NCBI RefSeq assembly: GCF_003790525.1
Contig: NZ_CP033635.1
DNA from: Escherichia coli
GTDB taxonomy: Bacteria > Pseudomonadota > Gammaproteobacteria > Enterobacterales > Enterobacteriaceae
DNA: 64,000 nucleotides
Reading direction: 5' to 3' (one strand)
The translations under genes were made by a program, and so were the position numbers. Under the pieces are notes generated by a model. That model was not told where the DNA came from and did not search any database. It worked only from the letters and a program-made list of their open reading frames with translations. Positions 52,723-64,000 of this stretch are shown one piece after another (position 1 is the first letter of the stretch; the number at the start of each line of letters is the position of its first letter).

Positions 52723-53432
52723 AAATTGAATTAACGGTGAATGGGCTGAAGATACAGGCACAGTACCAGAACGAAGAGATTGAAAATGTACATAAACCGT
52801 TGCTGCACATGTTGGCGGCCTTACAGACGGTAAATCCGCAGCGGCGTACGGTGGTTTTTCTTTGCGCTCCGCCGGGGACGGGTAAATCTACCCTAACCAC
52901 CTTCTGGGAATATATCGCGCAACAAGACCCGGAACTGCCCGCTATTCAGACGCTACCGATGGATGGTTTTCATCATTACAATAGCTGGCTGGATGCGCAT
53001 CAATTGCGCCCCTTCAAAGGCGCACCAGAGACATTTGACGTTGCGAAACTGGCGGAAAATCTGCGCCAGGTCGTGGAAGGGGATTGTACGTGGCCGCAGT
53101 ACGATCGACAAAAGCATGATCCTGTTGAAGATGCGTTGCACGTTACCGCACCACTCGTCATCGTCGAAGGAAACTGGTTGTTGCTGGACGACGAGAAGTG
53201 GCGCCAGCTTGCGCAATTTTGTGATTTCTCGATCTTTATCAAAGCTCCCGCATCTGCGTTGCGGGAGCGTCTGGTGGGGCGCAAGCTGGCGGGAGGGTTA
53301 TCGCTGGCAGACGCAGAAGCCTTTTATGACCGTACCGACGGGCCGAATGTTCGCCGGGTGCTGGAAGAGAGTCTGCCTGCAAATTTGACCTTAATGATGA
53401 CCGCTACGGGTGAATATCGTCTGATGGATTAA
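52719..53432 (+). CDS. yggC: P-loop kinase-like protein
   Basis: 237 aa; Walker A APPGTGKST. Confidence 0.8.
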   Translation: MKIELTVNGLKIQAQYQNEEIENVHKPLLHMLAALQTVNPQRRTVVFLCAPPGTGKSTLTTFWEYIAQQDPELPAIQTLPMDGFHHYNSWLDAHQLRPFKGAPETFDVAKLAENLRQVVEGDCTWPQYDRQKHDPVEDALHVTAPLVIVEGNWLLLDDEKWRQLAQFCDFSIFIKAPASALRERLVGRKLAGGLSLADAEAFYDRTDGPNVRRVLEESLPANLTLMMTATGEYRLMD

Positions 53433-54114
53433 CGTTCCTGATTACACCATCTTCCAGTCGCACCACACGAGAGAAATGACGCCGGGTAAATGCGGCGTCA
53501 TGACTGATTGCTACGACGCTCGTGCCTCGCTGGCGGCACTTTTCCAGCCAACTTTCAAACACGCTCATCCAATTTTCGTCAAAATCCCGACTCGGCTCGT
53601 CCAGCAGCAATAGCGGCGGAGAGAGTGCTTCCAGGCAGGCGACGGCGACCATCCGTCGCTGCGCACTATGCAGATCCAGCGGATGCGCGCTGGCAGTGTC
53701 TGCTAACTGACAGCATTGCAGGGCAGCATTGGTACGTTGAGTGATTTCATCCGCCGGGCATTTTTGCAGTTTCAAACCAAATGCGATCTCGTCAGCGACG
53801 GTGCTGTGAAAAAGCTGGTTTTCCGCTTCCTGAAACAGTACGCCAATCTTTGCCGCGCGCTGGCGGTTTTTCAGGTTTTTCATCGCCTGTTGTTGCAGCA
53901 TAACCGTACCGGCTGTGGGCGTAAGAAGACCTGCCATTACTCGTAACAGCGTCGATTTTCCCGCGCCATTGTCGCCGGTCAGCGCCAACCATTCACCTTG
54001 TTTGAGTTGCAGAGAAATGTCGCAAAGACAATCCGTTGCCGCGTCAGGCCAGCGATAAGTTATCTGATTTAACGTTAACATAGTGGCTGGAGCGCTCCGT
54101 TTTGCAATTGCCAC
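53404..54114 (-). CDS. ECF/CbiO-type ABC ATPase subunit (second ATPase)
   Basis: 236 aa; Walker A GDNGAGKST; LLLLDEP Walker B; overlaps preceding ATPase gene. Confidence 0.75.
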   Translation of the reverse strand: MAIAKRSAPATMLTLNQITYRWPDAATDCLCDISLQLKQGEWLALTGDNGAGKSTLLRVMAGLLTPTAGTVMLQQQAMKNLKNRQRAAKIGVLFQEAENQLFHSTVADEIAFGLKLQKCPADEITQRTNAALQCCQLADTASAHPLDLHSAQRRMVAVACLEALSPPLLLLDEPSRDFDENWMSVFESWLEKCRQRGTSVVAISHDAAFTRRHFSRVVRLEDGVIRNVNPSDDIHP

Positions 54115-54758
54115 GCTTGCTGGCAGTAGTTCAGGAAAGGTGTACGATGACGTTCAAAAAGAATAATCAGCGAACCACGTTCAAGCGCCCAGTGTTGTAA
54201 GCGCTGCAACAGCATTTCGCAGGCCTGCGGCGTCAGGCGGCTAAAGGCTTCATCAAGAATTAAGAGCTTTGGCTGCATCGCGATGGCGCAGGCGATGACC
54301 ACACGCTGTGTCTCTCCACCGGAGAGTGTTGCCGGGTGACGATGGCGCAACGGCTGGCACTCGGTCAGAGTCAGGGCGGCATCAATCCGCGCCATAATCT
54401 CCTCTTCAGCAAGACACAGATTTTCTGGCCCAAAGGCAACTTTTTCTTCCACGCTAAAGGTACAGCCGGAGAGCTGCAAATAGGGCGATTGCTGAACGAG
54501 CTGGATGGTGGCGGATTGTTCATTAAGCGGGATATGCCCAATGGGCGTACCGAGAAGCGTCCCCGTGCCGGTTATCTCTCCTGGCAGAAAGTCCGGATAC
54601 CAGCCCGCCATCAGCTGTGCCAGCGTACTTTTGCCACTGCCGTTGTCACCAAAGATGGCGACCATCCCCGGTTTGACATAGTGAAAGTCATAACAGAACG
54701 GAGGATGCGTTGAGTGTGTCGGGCAATAGCGAAACTGTTCTAACGTAACCATATCCAC
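54075..54758 (-). CDS. ECF/CbiO-type ABC ATPase subunit (first ATPase)
   Basis: 227 aa; Walker A GDNGSGKST; signature LSGGE; LILDEA Walker B. Confidence 0.75.
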   Translation of the reverse strand: MDMVTLEQFRYCPTHSTHPPFCYDFHYVKPGMVAIFGDNGSGKSTLAQLMAGWYPDFLPGEITGTGTLLGTPIGHIPLNEQSATIQLVQQSPYLQLSGCTFSVEEKVAFGPENLCLAEEEIMARIDAALTLTECQPLRHRHPATLSGGETQRVVIACAIAMQPKLLILDEAFSRLTPQACEMLLQRLQHWALERGSLIILFERHRTPFLNYCQQAWQLQNGALQPLC

Positions 54759-55447
54759 GCTCCGAATTCAGCCAGCATTAGCAAGATCATGGCGTAACGT
54801 GCTACGCGTTGTAGGGTGCTATCGGCTGGTGCCCATAACGTAGTGCGCCTATTGTTGATTCGAAATGCCCGCATATCCAGCGCCGCACCACGGACAGCCA
54901 GATCGTTAAGCGCATTGTGTGTTAGCGGAATAATTAGCGCGGGCATCGCGCGTAAACGCTGATACCAGCCTTCATCAAGCGGCACGCCGCGGGCGCGCTG
55001 CGCTTCATGAATAATCGCTAATTGCCGTTTTAACTGCTCAACGACCAACAACGGCCCGGCGAACAGATAAGCGACGCCCGGCGGCAGGCGAGAAGCAAAC
55101 AAAGCGCGGATAAAACGTTGCACTGGGACGTACTGCATCCACAACTGCGAGGTTGAAACAATCGCCAGAATCCGCAACCAGAGCGTAATAGCATGCGTCC
55201 ACCGTTCTGGCGAGCGTGGCGTGCCGCTTAGCCATTCTATCAGCCAGCCACCGTGTACCAGCCACAGTCCAGCCCCCAGCGAGAACATCAGCCAGACGAC
55301 ATATTTTGCCCGCCGCCGCGTGGCCTTTAGCGCAATAAGGCAGAAAAAGGTCGCCGCGCTATAGACTGGCAATATTGTCTGTGTGGGCAGGATAAGCGTG
55401 GTGTAGGCCGCCAGCGCCCACAGCGTTAATGAGGTAAACGGATGCAT
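54740..55447 (-). CDS. ECF transporter transmembrane component (EcfT/CbiQ-like)
   Basis: 235 aa polytopic; ends with Arg-containing ALDMRAF segment of the kind seen in T components; lies between S-like and ATPase genes. Confidence 0.65.
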   Translation of the reverse strand: MHPFTSLTLWALAAYTTLILPTQTILPVYSAATFFCLIALKATRRRAKYVVWLMFSLGAGLWLVHGGWLIEWLSGTPRSPERWTHAITLWLRILAIVSTSQLWMQYVPVQRFIRALFASRLPPGVAYLFAGPLLVVEQLKRQLAIIHEAQRARGVPLDEGWYQRLRAMPALIIPLTHNALNDLAVRGAALDMRAFRINNRRTTLWAPADSTLQRVARYAMILLMLAEFGAWIWLR

Positions 55448-56026
55448 TTAGCGCACGGCTGCCATTGCCGGAAAATGGCGCGTGGTGCGAATCGGCAGCT
55501 GACGCAGTAAAAGCCAGACAATCACCGCTGTAAGAATTTTATCGACCAGGTTTGCGCCTATCACCGTAATCGCCACCGACTCCACCAGGTTTTGCCCCAT
55601 AGAGTGCATCCAGGCAACGAACAAATCGGCTCCGCTACCGGTGACACCGCCGAACAGCGCAGTACGCAGCGGTACAGCGACGACCGTTACCGCAAGCGTA
55701 ATAATCACGCCGCTGACAACGACTTTTGGCAGGGTGCGGAACCAACCCGCTCGCGCCAGCCAACCGGCGACCAGGCCGATGACCATCGCCACGGGCGCAA
55801 ATGCGGCGGCGATCGGGTCGGTCAGCAATCCCCAGAGTAAATTGGTCAGTAAGCCGGTCAGCATCCCGATCACCGGACCAAGCAGTACCGCGCTAATAAG
55901 TGTGCCGACGGAGTCGAGAAATATAGGTAATTTGACCATGCTGGCCAGTTGCCCGCCGATCATATTGATGGCGATAGATATAACGATCAACACCAGCGCC
56001 TGACTGGAAAAGTGGCGACGCGCCAT
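55448..56026 (-). CDS. ECF transporter substrate-capture (S) component-like membrane protein
   Basis: Start at 56026 (GAGAGG RBS) gives 192 aa, about six hydrophobic helices, Gly-rich; substrate not inferable. Confidence 0.6.
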   Translation of the reverse strand: MARRHFSSQALVLIVISIAINMIGGQLASMVKLPIFLDSVGTLISAVLLGPVIGMLTGLLTNLLWGLLTDPIAAAFAPVAMVIGLVAGWLARAGWFRTLPKVVVSGVIITLAVTVVAVPLRTALFGGVTGSGADLFVAWMHSMGQNLVESVAITVIGANLVDKILTAVIVWLLLRQLPIRTTRHFPAMAAVR

Positions 56027-56048
56027 AAGAAAACCTCTCTGAAAATAG

Positions 56049-56480
56049 TTAGTTAACGGGGGAAATATGCAACTCGTCGTAACCAGAAAGCGCGCAAGGC
56101 TGGCGGCTAAACGCCAGTTCCTCAAGGCAGCCGATCACCAGTTCAAGCGTGGTCCGCACGGTACAGCCGGGCATCATATGACCGCCAAGCATCGTGCCGT
56201 GTGGATCGGAAACGCAGAGATGAAGATGTTCACCACTCTGTTCCAGCGTGCCGTTCAATGCGATGACTTCGAACTTACCGCTTAGTAGGGCAGTGTTTTC
56301 TTGCCCGGCATAGCGTAAGGCGACGTCAGTCAGACTGCCGGTACAACCTGCAATCCACGCGGCGTGAAGTTGTTGTTGCTGCGCGAAGGCGCGTAATTGG
56401 GAGAGAACTTCCTGCCCGGGGAGCAGGCGCAGCGCGTAAAAACGTGCGGAGGAAGAATATGGGTAGGGCAATGTCATCAT
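56049..56480 (-). CDS. DUF296 / PPC-domain protein
   Basis: 143 aa, first gene of the ECF-like operon; size and motif pattern resemble PPC-domain proteins (from memory). Confidence 0.5.
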   Translation of the reverse strand: MMTLPYPYSSSARFYALRLLPGQEVLSQLRAFAQQQQLHAAWIAGCTGSLTDVALRYAGQENTALLSGKFEVIALNGTLEQSGEHLHLCVSDPHGTMLGGHMMPGCTVRTTLELVIGCLEELAFSRQPCALSGYDELHISPVN

Positions 56481-56851
56481 TGGAGTACTCCGAAACTCGG
56501 ACGTATTGCGGATAATATCGACGCTGCATCAGTCATATTCTGATATAAGTCAGGGTTTGTGACGGCACAACGAAAAGATTTTGCTACGCTTATTCGTGAT
56601 TCTGCAAAGTGGAATAAATTCCACAGGGGCGGGGCTGAAAACGTGACGTAAGTCAGATAATTGTCTTCTTTGACTGGACAATCATTCCTTTTATTCCACG
56701 TTTCGCTTATCCTAGCTGAAGCGTTTCAGTCGATTAAATGTTCGACAATTAACCAATCAGTCGCAGTTTGCGACAGGTAAGGTTTCCCCGGACGATTTGC
56801 TGGATTACTCTGTCTGGCAAATTTGCTCAGGGAAAACCTTGCAGGAGATCT

Positions 56852-57871
56852 ATGACCGTACGCGTAGCGATAAATGGCTTCGGTCGCATCGGGCGTAATG
56901 TGGTTCGTGCTTTGTATGAATCCGGACGCCGGGCGGAAATTACCGTGGTGGCAATCAACGAACTGGCGGATGCTGCGGGCATGGCGCATTTGTTGAAATA
57001 TGACACCAGCCATGGCCGTTTTGCATGGGAAGTACGACAGGAACGCGATCAACTTTTTGTTGGTGATGACGCCATCCGCGTATTGCATGAACGTTCACTG
57101 CAATCGCTCCCCTGGCGTGAACTTGGCGTTGATGTAGTCCTCGACTGCACCGGCGTATATGGCTCCCGTGAGCATGGCGAAGCGCATATTGCCGCCGGGG
57201 CCAAAAAAGTGCTCTTTTCACATCCTGGCAGTAACGATCTCGACGCGACCGTTGTTTACGGCGTCAATCAGGATCAACTTCGTGCGGAACACCGCATCGT
57301 TTCTAACGCTTCCTGTACCACGAATTGCATAATTCCCGTCATCAAATTGTTAGATGATGCGTACGGTATTGAGTCCGGCACTGTGACCACAATTCACTCC
57401 GCCATGCACGATCAACAGGTTATTGATGCATACCATCCTGACCTGCGTCGCACTCGGGCAGCCAGCCAGTCGATCATTCCGGTCGATACTAAACTGGCCG
57501 CCGGTATCACACGATTTTTTCCGCAATTTAACGATCGCTTTGAAGCGATTGCGGTACGTGTGCCAACCATAAATGTGACGGCAATCGATTTAAGCGTGAC
57601 GGTGAAGAAACCTGTAAAAGCCAATGAAGTCAACCTGTTGCTGCAAAAAGCAGCACAAGGTGCATTTCATGGTATAGTTGACTATACGGAATTGCCGTTG
57701 GTCTCTGTAGATTTTAACCACGATCCGCACAGTGCCATTGTCGATGGCACCCAAACCCGGGTCAGTGGCGCACACCTGATCAAAACGTTGGTCTGGTGCG
57801 ATAACGAATGGGGCTTTGCTAACCGAATGCTCGACACGACGTTAGCTATGGCTACTGTTGCTTTCAGGTAA
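56852..57871 (+). CDS. epd: D-erythrose-4-phosphate dehydrogenase
   Basis: 339 aa from [17 protein letters not shown]... Confidence 0.95.
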
Positions 57872-57920
57872 GACGCAAGCAGCGTCTGCAAAACTTTTAG
57901 AATCAACGAGAGGATTCACC

Positions 57921-59084
57921 ATGTCTGTAATTAAGATGACCGATCTGGATCTTGCTGGGAAACGTGTATTTATCCGTGCGGATCTGAACGTACCAGTAAA
58001 AGACGGGAAAGTAACCAGCGATGCGCGTATCCGTGCTTCTCTGCCGACCATCGAACTGGCCCTGAAACAAGGCGCAAAAGTGATGGTAACTTCCCACCTG
58101 GGTCGTCCTACCGAAGGCGAGTACAACGAAGAATTCTCTCTGCTGCCGGTTGTTAACTACCTGAAAGACAAACTGTCTAACCCGGTTCGTCTGGTTAAAG
58201 ATTACCTCGACGGCGTTGACGTTGCTGAAGGTGAACTGGTTGTTCTGGAAAACGTTCGCTTCAACAAAGGCGAGAAGAAAGACGACGAAACCCTGTCCAA
58301 AAAATACGCTGCACTGTGTGACGTGTTCGTAATGGACGCATTCGGTACTGCTCACCGCGCGCAGGCTTCTACTCACGGTATCGGTAAATTCGCTGACGTT
58401 GCGTGCGCAGGCCCGCTGCTGGCAGCTGAACTGGACGCGCTGGGTAAAGCACTGAAAGAACCTGCTCGCCCGATGGTGGCTATCGTTGGTGGTTCTAAAG
58501 TATCTACCAAACTGACCGTTCTGGACTCCCTGTCTAAAATCGCTGACCAGCTGATTGTTGGTGGTGGTATCGCTAACACCTTTATTGCGGCACAAGGCCA
58601 CGATGTGGGTAAATCCCTGTACGAAGCTGATCTGGTTGACGAAGCAAAACGTCTGCTGACCACCTGCAACATCCCGGTTCCGTCTGATGTTCGTGTAGCA
58701 ACTGAGTTCTCTGAAACTGCACCGGCTACCCTGAAATCTGTTAACGATGTGAAAGCTGACGAGCAGATCCTGGATATCGGTGATGCTTCCGCTCAGGAAC
58801 TGGCTGAAATCCTGAAGAATGCGAAAACCATTTTGTGGAACGGTCCGGTTGGCGTGTTCGAATTCCCGAACTTCCGCAAAGGTACTGAAATCGTGGCTAA
58901 CGCTATCGCAGACAGCGAAGCGTTCTCCATCGCTGGCGGCGGCGACACTCTGGCAGCAATCGACCTGTTCGGCATTGCTGACAAAATCTCCTACATCTCC
59001 ACTGGCGGCGGCGCATTCCTCGAATTCGTGGAAGGTAAAGTACTGCCTGCAGTAGCGATGCTCGAAGAGCGCGCTAAGAAGTAA
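57921..59084 (+). CDS. pgk: Phosphoglycerate kinase
   Basis: 387 aa from [25 protein letters not shown]... Confidence 0.95.
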
Positions 59085-59297
59085 AAAATCACAGGGCAGG
59101 GAAACCTGCCCTTGTTGCAGCGCGCTTTTAAAGCACGCACTTTTTCATACTCTAAATAATTCGAGTTGCAGGAAGGCGACAAGAGAGTGAATCCCATGAG
59201 CTTACATAAGTAAGTGACTGGGGTGAGCGAACGCAGACGCAGCACATGCAACTTGAAGTATGACGAGTATAAGGCCCGACGATACAGGACAAGAGAC

Positions 59298-60377
59298 ATG
59301 TCTAAGATTTTTGATTTCGTAAAACCTGGCGTAATCACTGGTGATGACGTACAGAAAGTTTTCCAGGTAGCAAAAGAAAACAACTTCGCACTGCCAGCAG
59401 TAAACTGCGTCGGTACTGACTCCATCAACGCCGTGCTGGAAACCGCTGCTAAAGTTAAAGCGCCGGTTATCGTTCAGTTCTCCAACGGTGGTGCTTCCTT
59501 TATCGCTGGTAAAGGCGTGAAATCTGACGTTCCGCAGGGTGCTGCTATCCTGGGCGCGATCTCTGGTGCGCATCACGTTCACCAGATGGCTGAACATTAT
59601 GGTGTTCCGGTTATCCTGCACACCGACCACTGCGCGAAGAAACTGCTGCCGTGGATCGACGGTCTGCTGGACGCGGGTGAAAAACACTTCGCAGCTACCG
59701 GCAAGCCGCTGTTCTCTTCTCACATGATCGACCTGTCTGAAGAATCTCTGCAAGAGAACATCGAAATCTGCTCTAAATACCTGGAGCGCATGTCCAAAAT
59801 CGGCATGACTCTGGAAATCGAACTGGGTTGCACCGGTGGTGAAGAAGACGGCGTGGACAACAGCCACATGGACGCTTCTGCACTGTACACCCAGCCGGAA
59901 GACGTTGATTATGCGTATACCGAGCTGAGCAAAATCAGCCCGCGTTTCACCATCGCAGCGTCCTTCGGTAACGTACACGGTGTTTACAAGCCGGGTAACG
60001 TGGTTCTGACTCCGACCATCCTGCGCGACTCTCAGGAATATGTTTCTAAGAAACACAACCTGCCGCACAACAGCCTGAACTTCGTATTCCACGGTGGTTC
60101 CGGTTCTACTGCTCAGGAAATCAAAGACTCCGTAAGCTACGGCGTAGTGAAAATGAACATCGATACCGATACCCAATGGGCAACCTGGGAAGGCGTTCTG
60201 AACTACTACAAAGCGAACGAAGCTTACCTGCAGGGTCAGCTGGGTAACCCGAAAGGCGAAGATCAGCCGAACAAGAAATACTACGATCCGCGCGTATGGC
60301 TGCGTGCCGGTCAGACTTCGATGATCGCTCGTCTGGAAAAAGCATTCCAGGAACTGAACGCGATCGACGTTCTGTAA
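59298..60377 (+). CDS. fbaA: Fructose-bisphosphate aldolase class II
   Basis: 359 aa from MSKIFDFVKPGVITGDDVQ... Confidence 0.95.
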   Translation: MSKIFDFVKPGVITGDDVQKVFQVAKENNFALPAVNCVGTDSINAVLETAAKVKAPVIVQFSNGGASFIAGKGVKSDVPQGAAILGAISGAHHVHQMAEHYGVPVILHTDHCAKKLLPWIDGLLDAGEKHFAATGKPLFSSHMIDLSEESLQENIEICSKYLERMSKIGMTLEIELGCTGGEEDGVDNSHMDASALYTQPEDVDYAYTELSKISPRFTIAASFGNVHGVYKPGNVVLTPTILRDSQEYVSKKHNLPHNSLNFVFHGGSGSTAQEIKDSVSYGVVKMNIDTDTQWATWEGVLNYYKANEAYLQGQLGNPKGEDQPNKKYYDPRVWLRAGQTSMIARLEKAFQELNAIDVL

Positions 60378-60403
60378 GTCATTCCTTTCTGCTTATCTCA
60401 AGG

Positions 60404-60425
60404 CCCGCTCTGCGGGTCTTTTTTT
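60404..60425 (+). terminator. Rho-independent terminator after fbaA
   Basis: Stem CCCGC / GCGGG followed by long T-run. Confidence 0.7.
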
Positions 60426-60567
60426 CGCCAAAAGCAAGGTGATACAGATGAGAAATCTGTGATCTATTTGGCAAAATTATGCTTTATTGTTTACCCTTGT
60501 CAGACTGCCCGTCATAAGGCGGCGGAGTGTATTTCTCCATTTTGAGTCAGTTGAAAAGGAATATTGA

Positions 60568-61428
<861 letters not shown>

Positions 61429-61566
61429 TCAACGCTGAGGCCAGATAATACTCTCTGGCCTCTCTCTTATTAGTTTTTCTGATTGCCAATTAATATTATC
61501 AATTTCCGCTAATAACAATCCCGCGATATAGTCTCTGCATCAGATACTTAATTCGGAATATCCAAC

Positions 61567-62202
61567 GTGTTTTCTTATTACTTTCAAGGTCTTGCGCTTG
61601 GCGCAGCTATGATCCTACCGCTCGGTCCACAAAATGCTTTTGTGATGAATCAGGGCATTCGTCGTCAGTACCACATTATGATTGCCTTACTTTGCGCTAT
61701 CAGCGATTTGGTCCTGATTTGCGCCGGGATTTTTGGTGGCAGCGCGTTATTGATGCAGTCGCCGTGGTTGCTGGCGCTGGTCACCTGGGGCGGCGTAGCC
61801 TTCTTGCTGTGGTATGGTTTTGGCGCTTTTAAAACAGCGATGAGCAGCAATATTGAGTTAGCCAGTGCCGAAGTCCTGAAGCAAGGCAGATGGAAAATTA
61901 TCGCCACCATGCTGGCAGTGACCTGGCTGAATCCGCATGTTTACCTGGATACTTTTGTTGTACTGGGCAGCCTTGGCGGGCAACTTGATGTGGAACCAAA
62001 ACGTTGGTTTGCGCTCGGGACAATTAGCGCCTCTTTCCTGTGGTTCTTTGGTCTGGCTCTTCTCGCAGCCTGGCTGGCACCGCGCCTGCGCACGGCAAAA
62101 TCACAACGCATTATCAATCTGGTAGTGGGATGTGTTATGTGGTTTATTGCCTTGCAGCTGGCGAGAGACGGTATTGCTCATGCACAAGCCTTGTTCAGTT
62201 AG
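61567..62202 (+). CDS. argO: Arginine exporter (LysE family)
   Basis: 211 aa. Confidence 0.9.
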   Translation: MFSYYFQGLALGAAMILPLGPQNAFVMNQGIRRQYHIMIALLCAISDLVLICAGIFGGSALLMQSPWLLALVTWGGVAFLLWYGFGAFKTAMSSNIELASAEVLKQGRWKIIATMLAVTWLNPHVYLDTFVVLGSLGGQLDVEPKRWFALGTISASFLWFFGLALLAAWLAPRLRTAKSQRIINLVVGCVMWFIALQLARDGIAHAQALFS

Positions 62203-62294
62203 GCGCTATCTGATGGAAAAATAAAACAGAGGCGCTAAGCTTGCCTCCAGAGGTCCTGAATTTTAGGCAAGTCAATTAACACGGAGAGACTAAC

Positions 62295-63035
62295 GTGAAG
62301 TTCAAAGTTATCGCCCTGGCGGCATTAATGGGTATTAGCGGGATGGCAGCGCAGGCTAACGAATTGCCGGATGGACCGCATATTGTCACCTCCGGTACGG
62401 CAAGCGTGGATGCGGTGCCAGACATTGCCACTCTTGCGATTGAAGTCAACGTGGCCGCGAAGGATGCCGCTACTGCCAAGAAACAGGCGGATGAGCGCGT
62501 CGCACAATACATTTCCTTCCTTGAACTCAATCAGATCGCGAAAAAAGATATCAGCTCAGCGAACTTACGCACCCAGCCAGATTATGATTATCAGGATGGT
62601 AAAAGTATCCTGAAAGGCTACCGTGCTGTGAGAACGGTGGAAGTCACGCTCCGTCAGTTAGACAAACTGAATTCCTTGCTGGATGGCGCGCTGAAGGCGG
62701 GTCTTAACGAAATTCGTTCTGTGTCGCTGGGCGTGGCGCAGCCGGATGCCTATAAAGACAAAGCGCGTAAGGCAGCGATTGATAACGCGATTCATCAGGC
62801 GCAGGAACTGGCGAACGGCTTTCATCGTAAACTGGGGCCGGTATATAGCGTGCGCTACCATGTTTCCAACTATCAGCCCAGCCCAATGGTGCGGATGATG
62901 AAAGCCGATGCCGCGCCGGTGTCCGCCCAGGAAACTTACGAGCAGGCCGCTATTCAGTTTGATGATCAGGTCGATGTGGTCTTCCAGTTAGAACCTGTGG
63001 ATCAACAACCCGCTAAAACACCTGCAGCACAATAA
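62295..63035 (+). CDS. yggE: DUF541/SIMPL periplasmic protein YggE
   Basis: 246 aa with signal peptide. Confidence 0.85.
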   Translation: MKFKVIALAALMGISGMAAQANELPDGPHIVTSGTASVDAVPDIATLAIEVNVAAKDAATAKKQADERVAQYISFLELNQIAKKDISSANLRTQPDYDYQDGKSILKGYRAVRTVEVTLRQLDKLNSLLDGALKAGLNEIRSVSLGVAQPDAYKDKARKAAIDNAIHQAQELANGFHRKLGPVYSVRYHVSNYQPSPMVRMMKADAAPVSAQETYEQAAIQFDDQVDVVFQLEPVDQQPAKTPAAQ

Positions 63036-63202
63036 TATTTGTAGCCCGACGTATTCGTCGGGCTAATGCCTTTACCCGATATTGCCTCCTTTTTCTGTAA
63101 TTTTCTGTAAAACCATGACGTAATCACCTATCTTTGCTCGCGGTTTCATCAAGGATAGGCTGACTGAAACGGTTAAGCGGACAAGGATGCGGGGGAGGGG
63201 GT

Positions 63203-64000
63203 ATGGACATTTTTATTTCGAAAAAGATGCGCAATTTCATTTTATTAGCGCAAACCAATAATATTGCCCGGGCGGCAGAAAAAATCCATATGACGGCTTC
63301 GCCATTTGGTAAAAGCATTGCCGCGCTGGAAGAACAAATTGGCTATACGCTATTTACCCGCAAAGATAATAATATCAGCCTCAATAAAGCCGGACAGGAA
63401 CTGTATCAAAAACTGTTCCCGGTTTATCAACGACTTTCTGCGATTGATAATGAAATCCATAACTCAGGGCGTCGTTCACGAGAAATTGTGATTGGCATAG
63501 ATAATACTTATCCGACAATTATTTTCGATCAGTTGATTAGTCTCGGAGATAAGTATGAAGGCGTGACCGCCCAGCCAGTTGAGTTCAGCGAAAACGGCGT
63601 TATCGATAATCTTTTTGACCGTCAGTTAGATTTTATAATCTCCCCACAGCATGTGTCTGCACGAGTTCAGGAACTGGAAAACCTGACTATCAGTGAACTA
63701 CCGCCGCTGCGATTGGGCTTTCTCGTTTCTCGTCGTTATGAAGAGCGACAAGAGCAAGAGCTGCTTCAGGAGCTACCCTGGCTACAAATGCGCTTTCAGA
63801 ACCGGGCTAACTTCGAAGCAATGATTGATGCGAATATGCGTCCTTGTGGGATCAATCCCACCATTATTTATCGTCCCTACAGTTTTATGGCCAAAATCAG
63901 CGCCGTGGAGCGCGGACATTTTCTGACGGTGATCCCGCATTTTGCCTGGCGACTGGTGAATCCGGCAACGCTGAAATATTTTGATGCGCCGCACAGGCCG
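63203..64000 (+). CDS. ygfI: LysR-family transcriptional regulator (partial, runs off window end)
   Basis: ATG at 63203 (MDIFISKKMRNFILLAQTNNIARAAEKIHMTASPFGKSI...) with HTH at N-terminus; no stop within window. Confidence 0.7.
   Translation, partial: MDIFISKKMRNFILLAQTNNIARAAEKIHMTASPFGKSIAALEEQIGYTLFTRKDNNISLNKAGQELYQKLFPVYQRLSAIDNEIHNSGRRSREIVIGIDNTYPTIIFDQLISLGDKYEGVTAQPVEFSENGVIDNLFDRQLDFIISPQHVSARVQELENLTISELPPLRLGFLVSRRYEERQEQELLQELPWLQMRFQNRANFEAMIDANMRPCGINPTIIYRPYSFMAKISAVERGHFLTVIPHFAWRLVNPATLKYFDAPHRP

Noticed and set aside
53404-56026. ECF-like module as a conventional binding-protein-dependent ABC importer
   Set aside because: No periplasmic binding protein gene; small six-helix membrane protein plus CbiQ-like component and two CbiO-like ATPases fit ECF architecture better.
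59202-60176. Long antisense ORFs opposite conserved core genes (this one opposite fbaA; also 20188..21105 opposite ansB, 41057..41965 opposite speB, 44761..45411 and 45505..46173 opposite tktA, 57903..58601 opposite pgk)
   Set aside because: They lie entirely within well-conserved genes on the other strand; His/Val/Arg-rich translations typical of antisense frames.

Overview
The window looks like an Escherichia coli chromosome segment with K-12-like synteny (reverse orientation), running from a pheV-integrated mobile island through speC to ygfI. Positions 1-10396 are the right-hand end of a tRNA-Phe-integrated island, ICE-like and resembling the SPI-7 / PAPI-1 / YAPI family: a type IVB (R64 thin-pilus-like) pilus operon pilL-M-N-O-P-Q on the minus strand (pilQ truncated by the window start), a divergent intergenic region rich in inverted repeats, then an SF1 UvrD-like helicase, a putative TraI_2/MOBH-like relaxase and a small tyrosine recombinase. 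The island abuts a tRNA-Phe whose T-stem carries four compensatory substitutions relative to the canonical E. coli sequence. The rest is conserved core (yqgA, speC, nupG, mltC, yggX, mutY, trmB, ansB, hemW, gshB, endA, galP, metK, speA, speB, tktA, cmtBA, epd, pgk, fbaA, mscS, argO and neighbours) interrupted by small modules that I do not recall at these positions in K-12: a TRAP transporter, a lipoprotein between speA and speB, a 520-aa lipoprotein/membrane protein between speB and loiP, an SPFH protein between tktA and cmtB, and a five-gene ECF-type transporter module with a DUF296 gene between yggC and epd. No CRISPR array, IS element or prophage structural genes were seen. All calls rest on reading the translated ORFs and the DNA; product names are from remembered family features, K-12 comparisons are from memory, and no database search was run.
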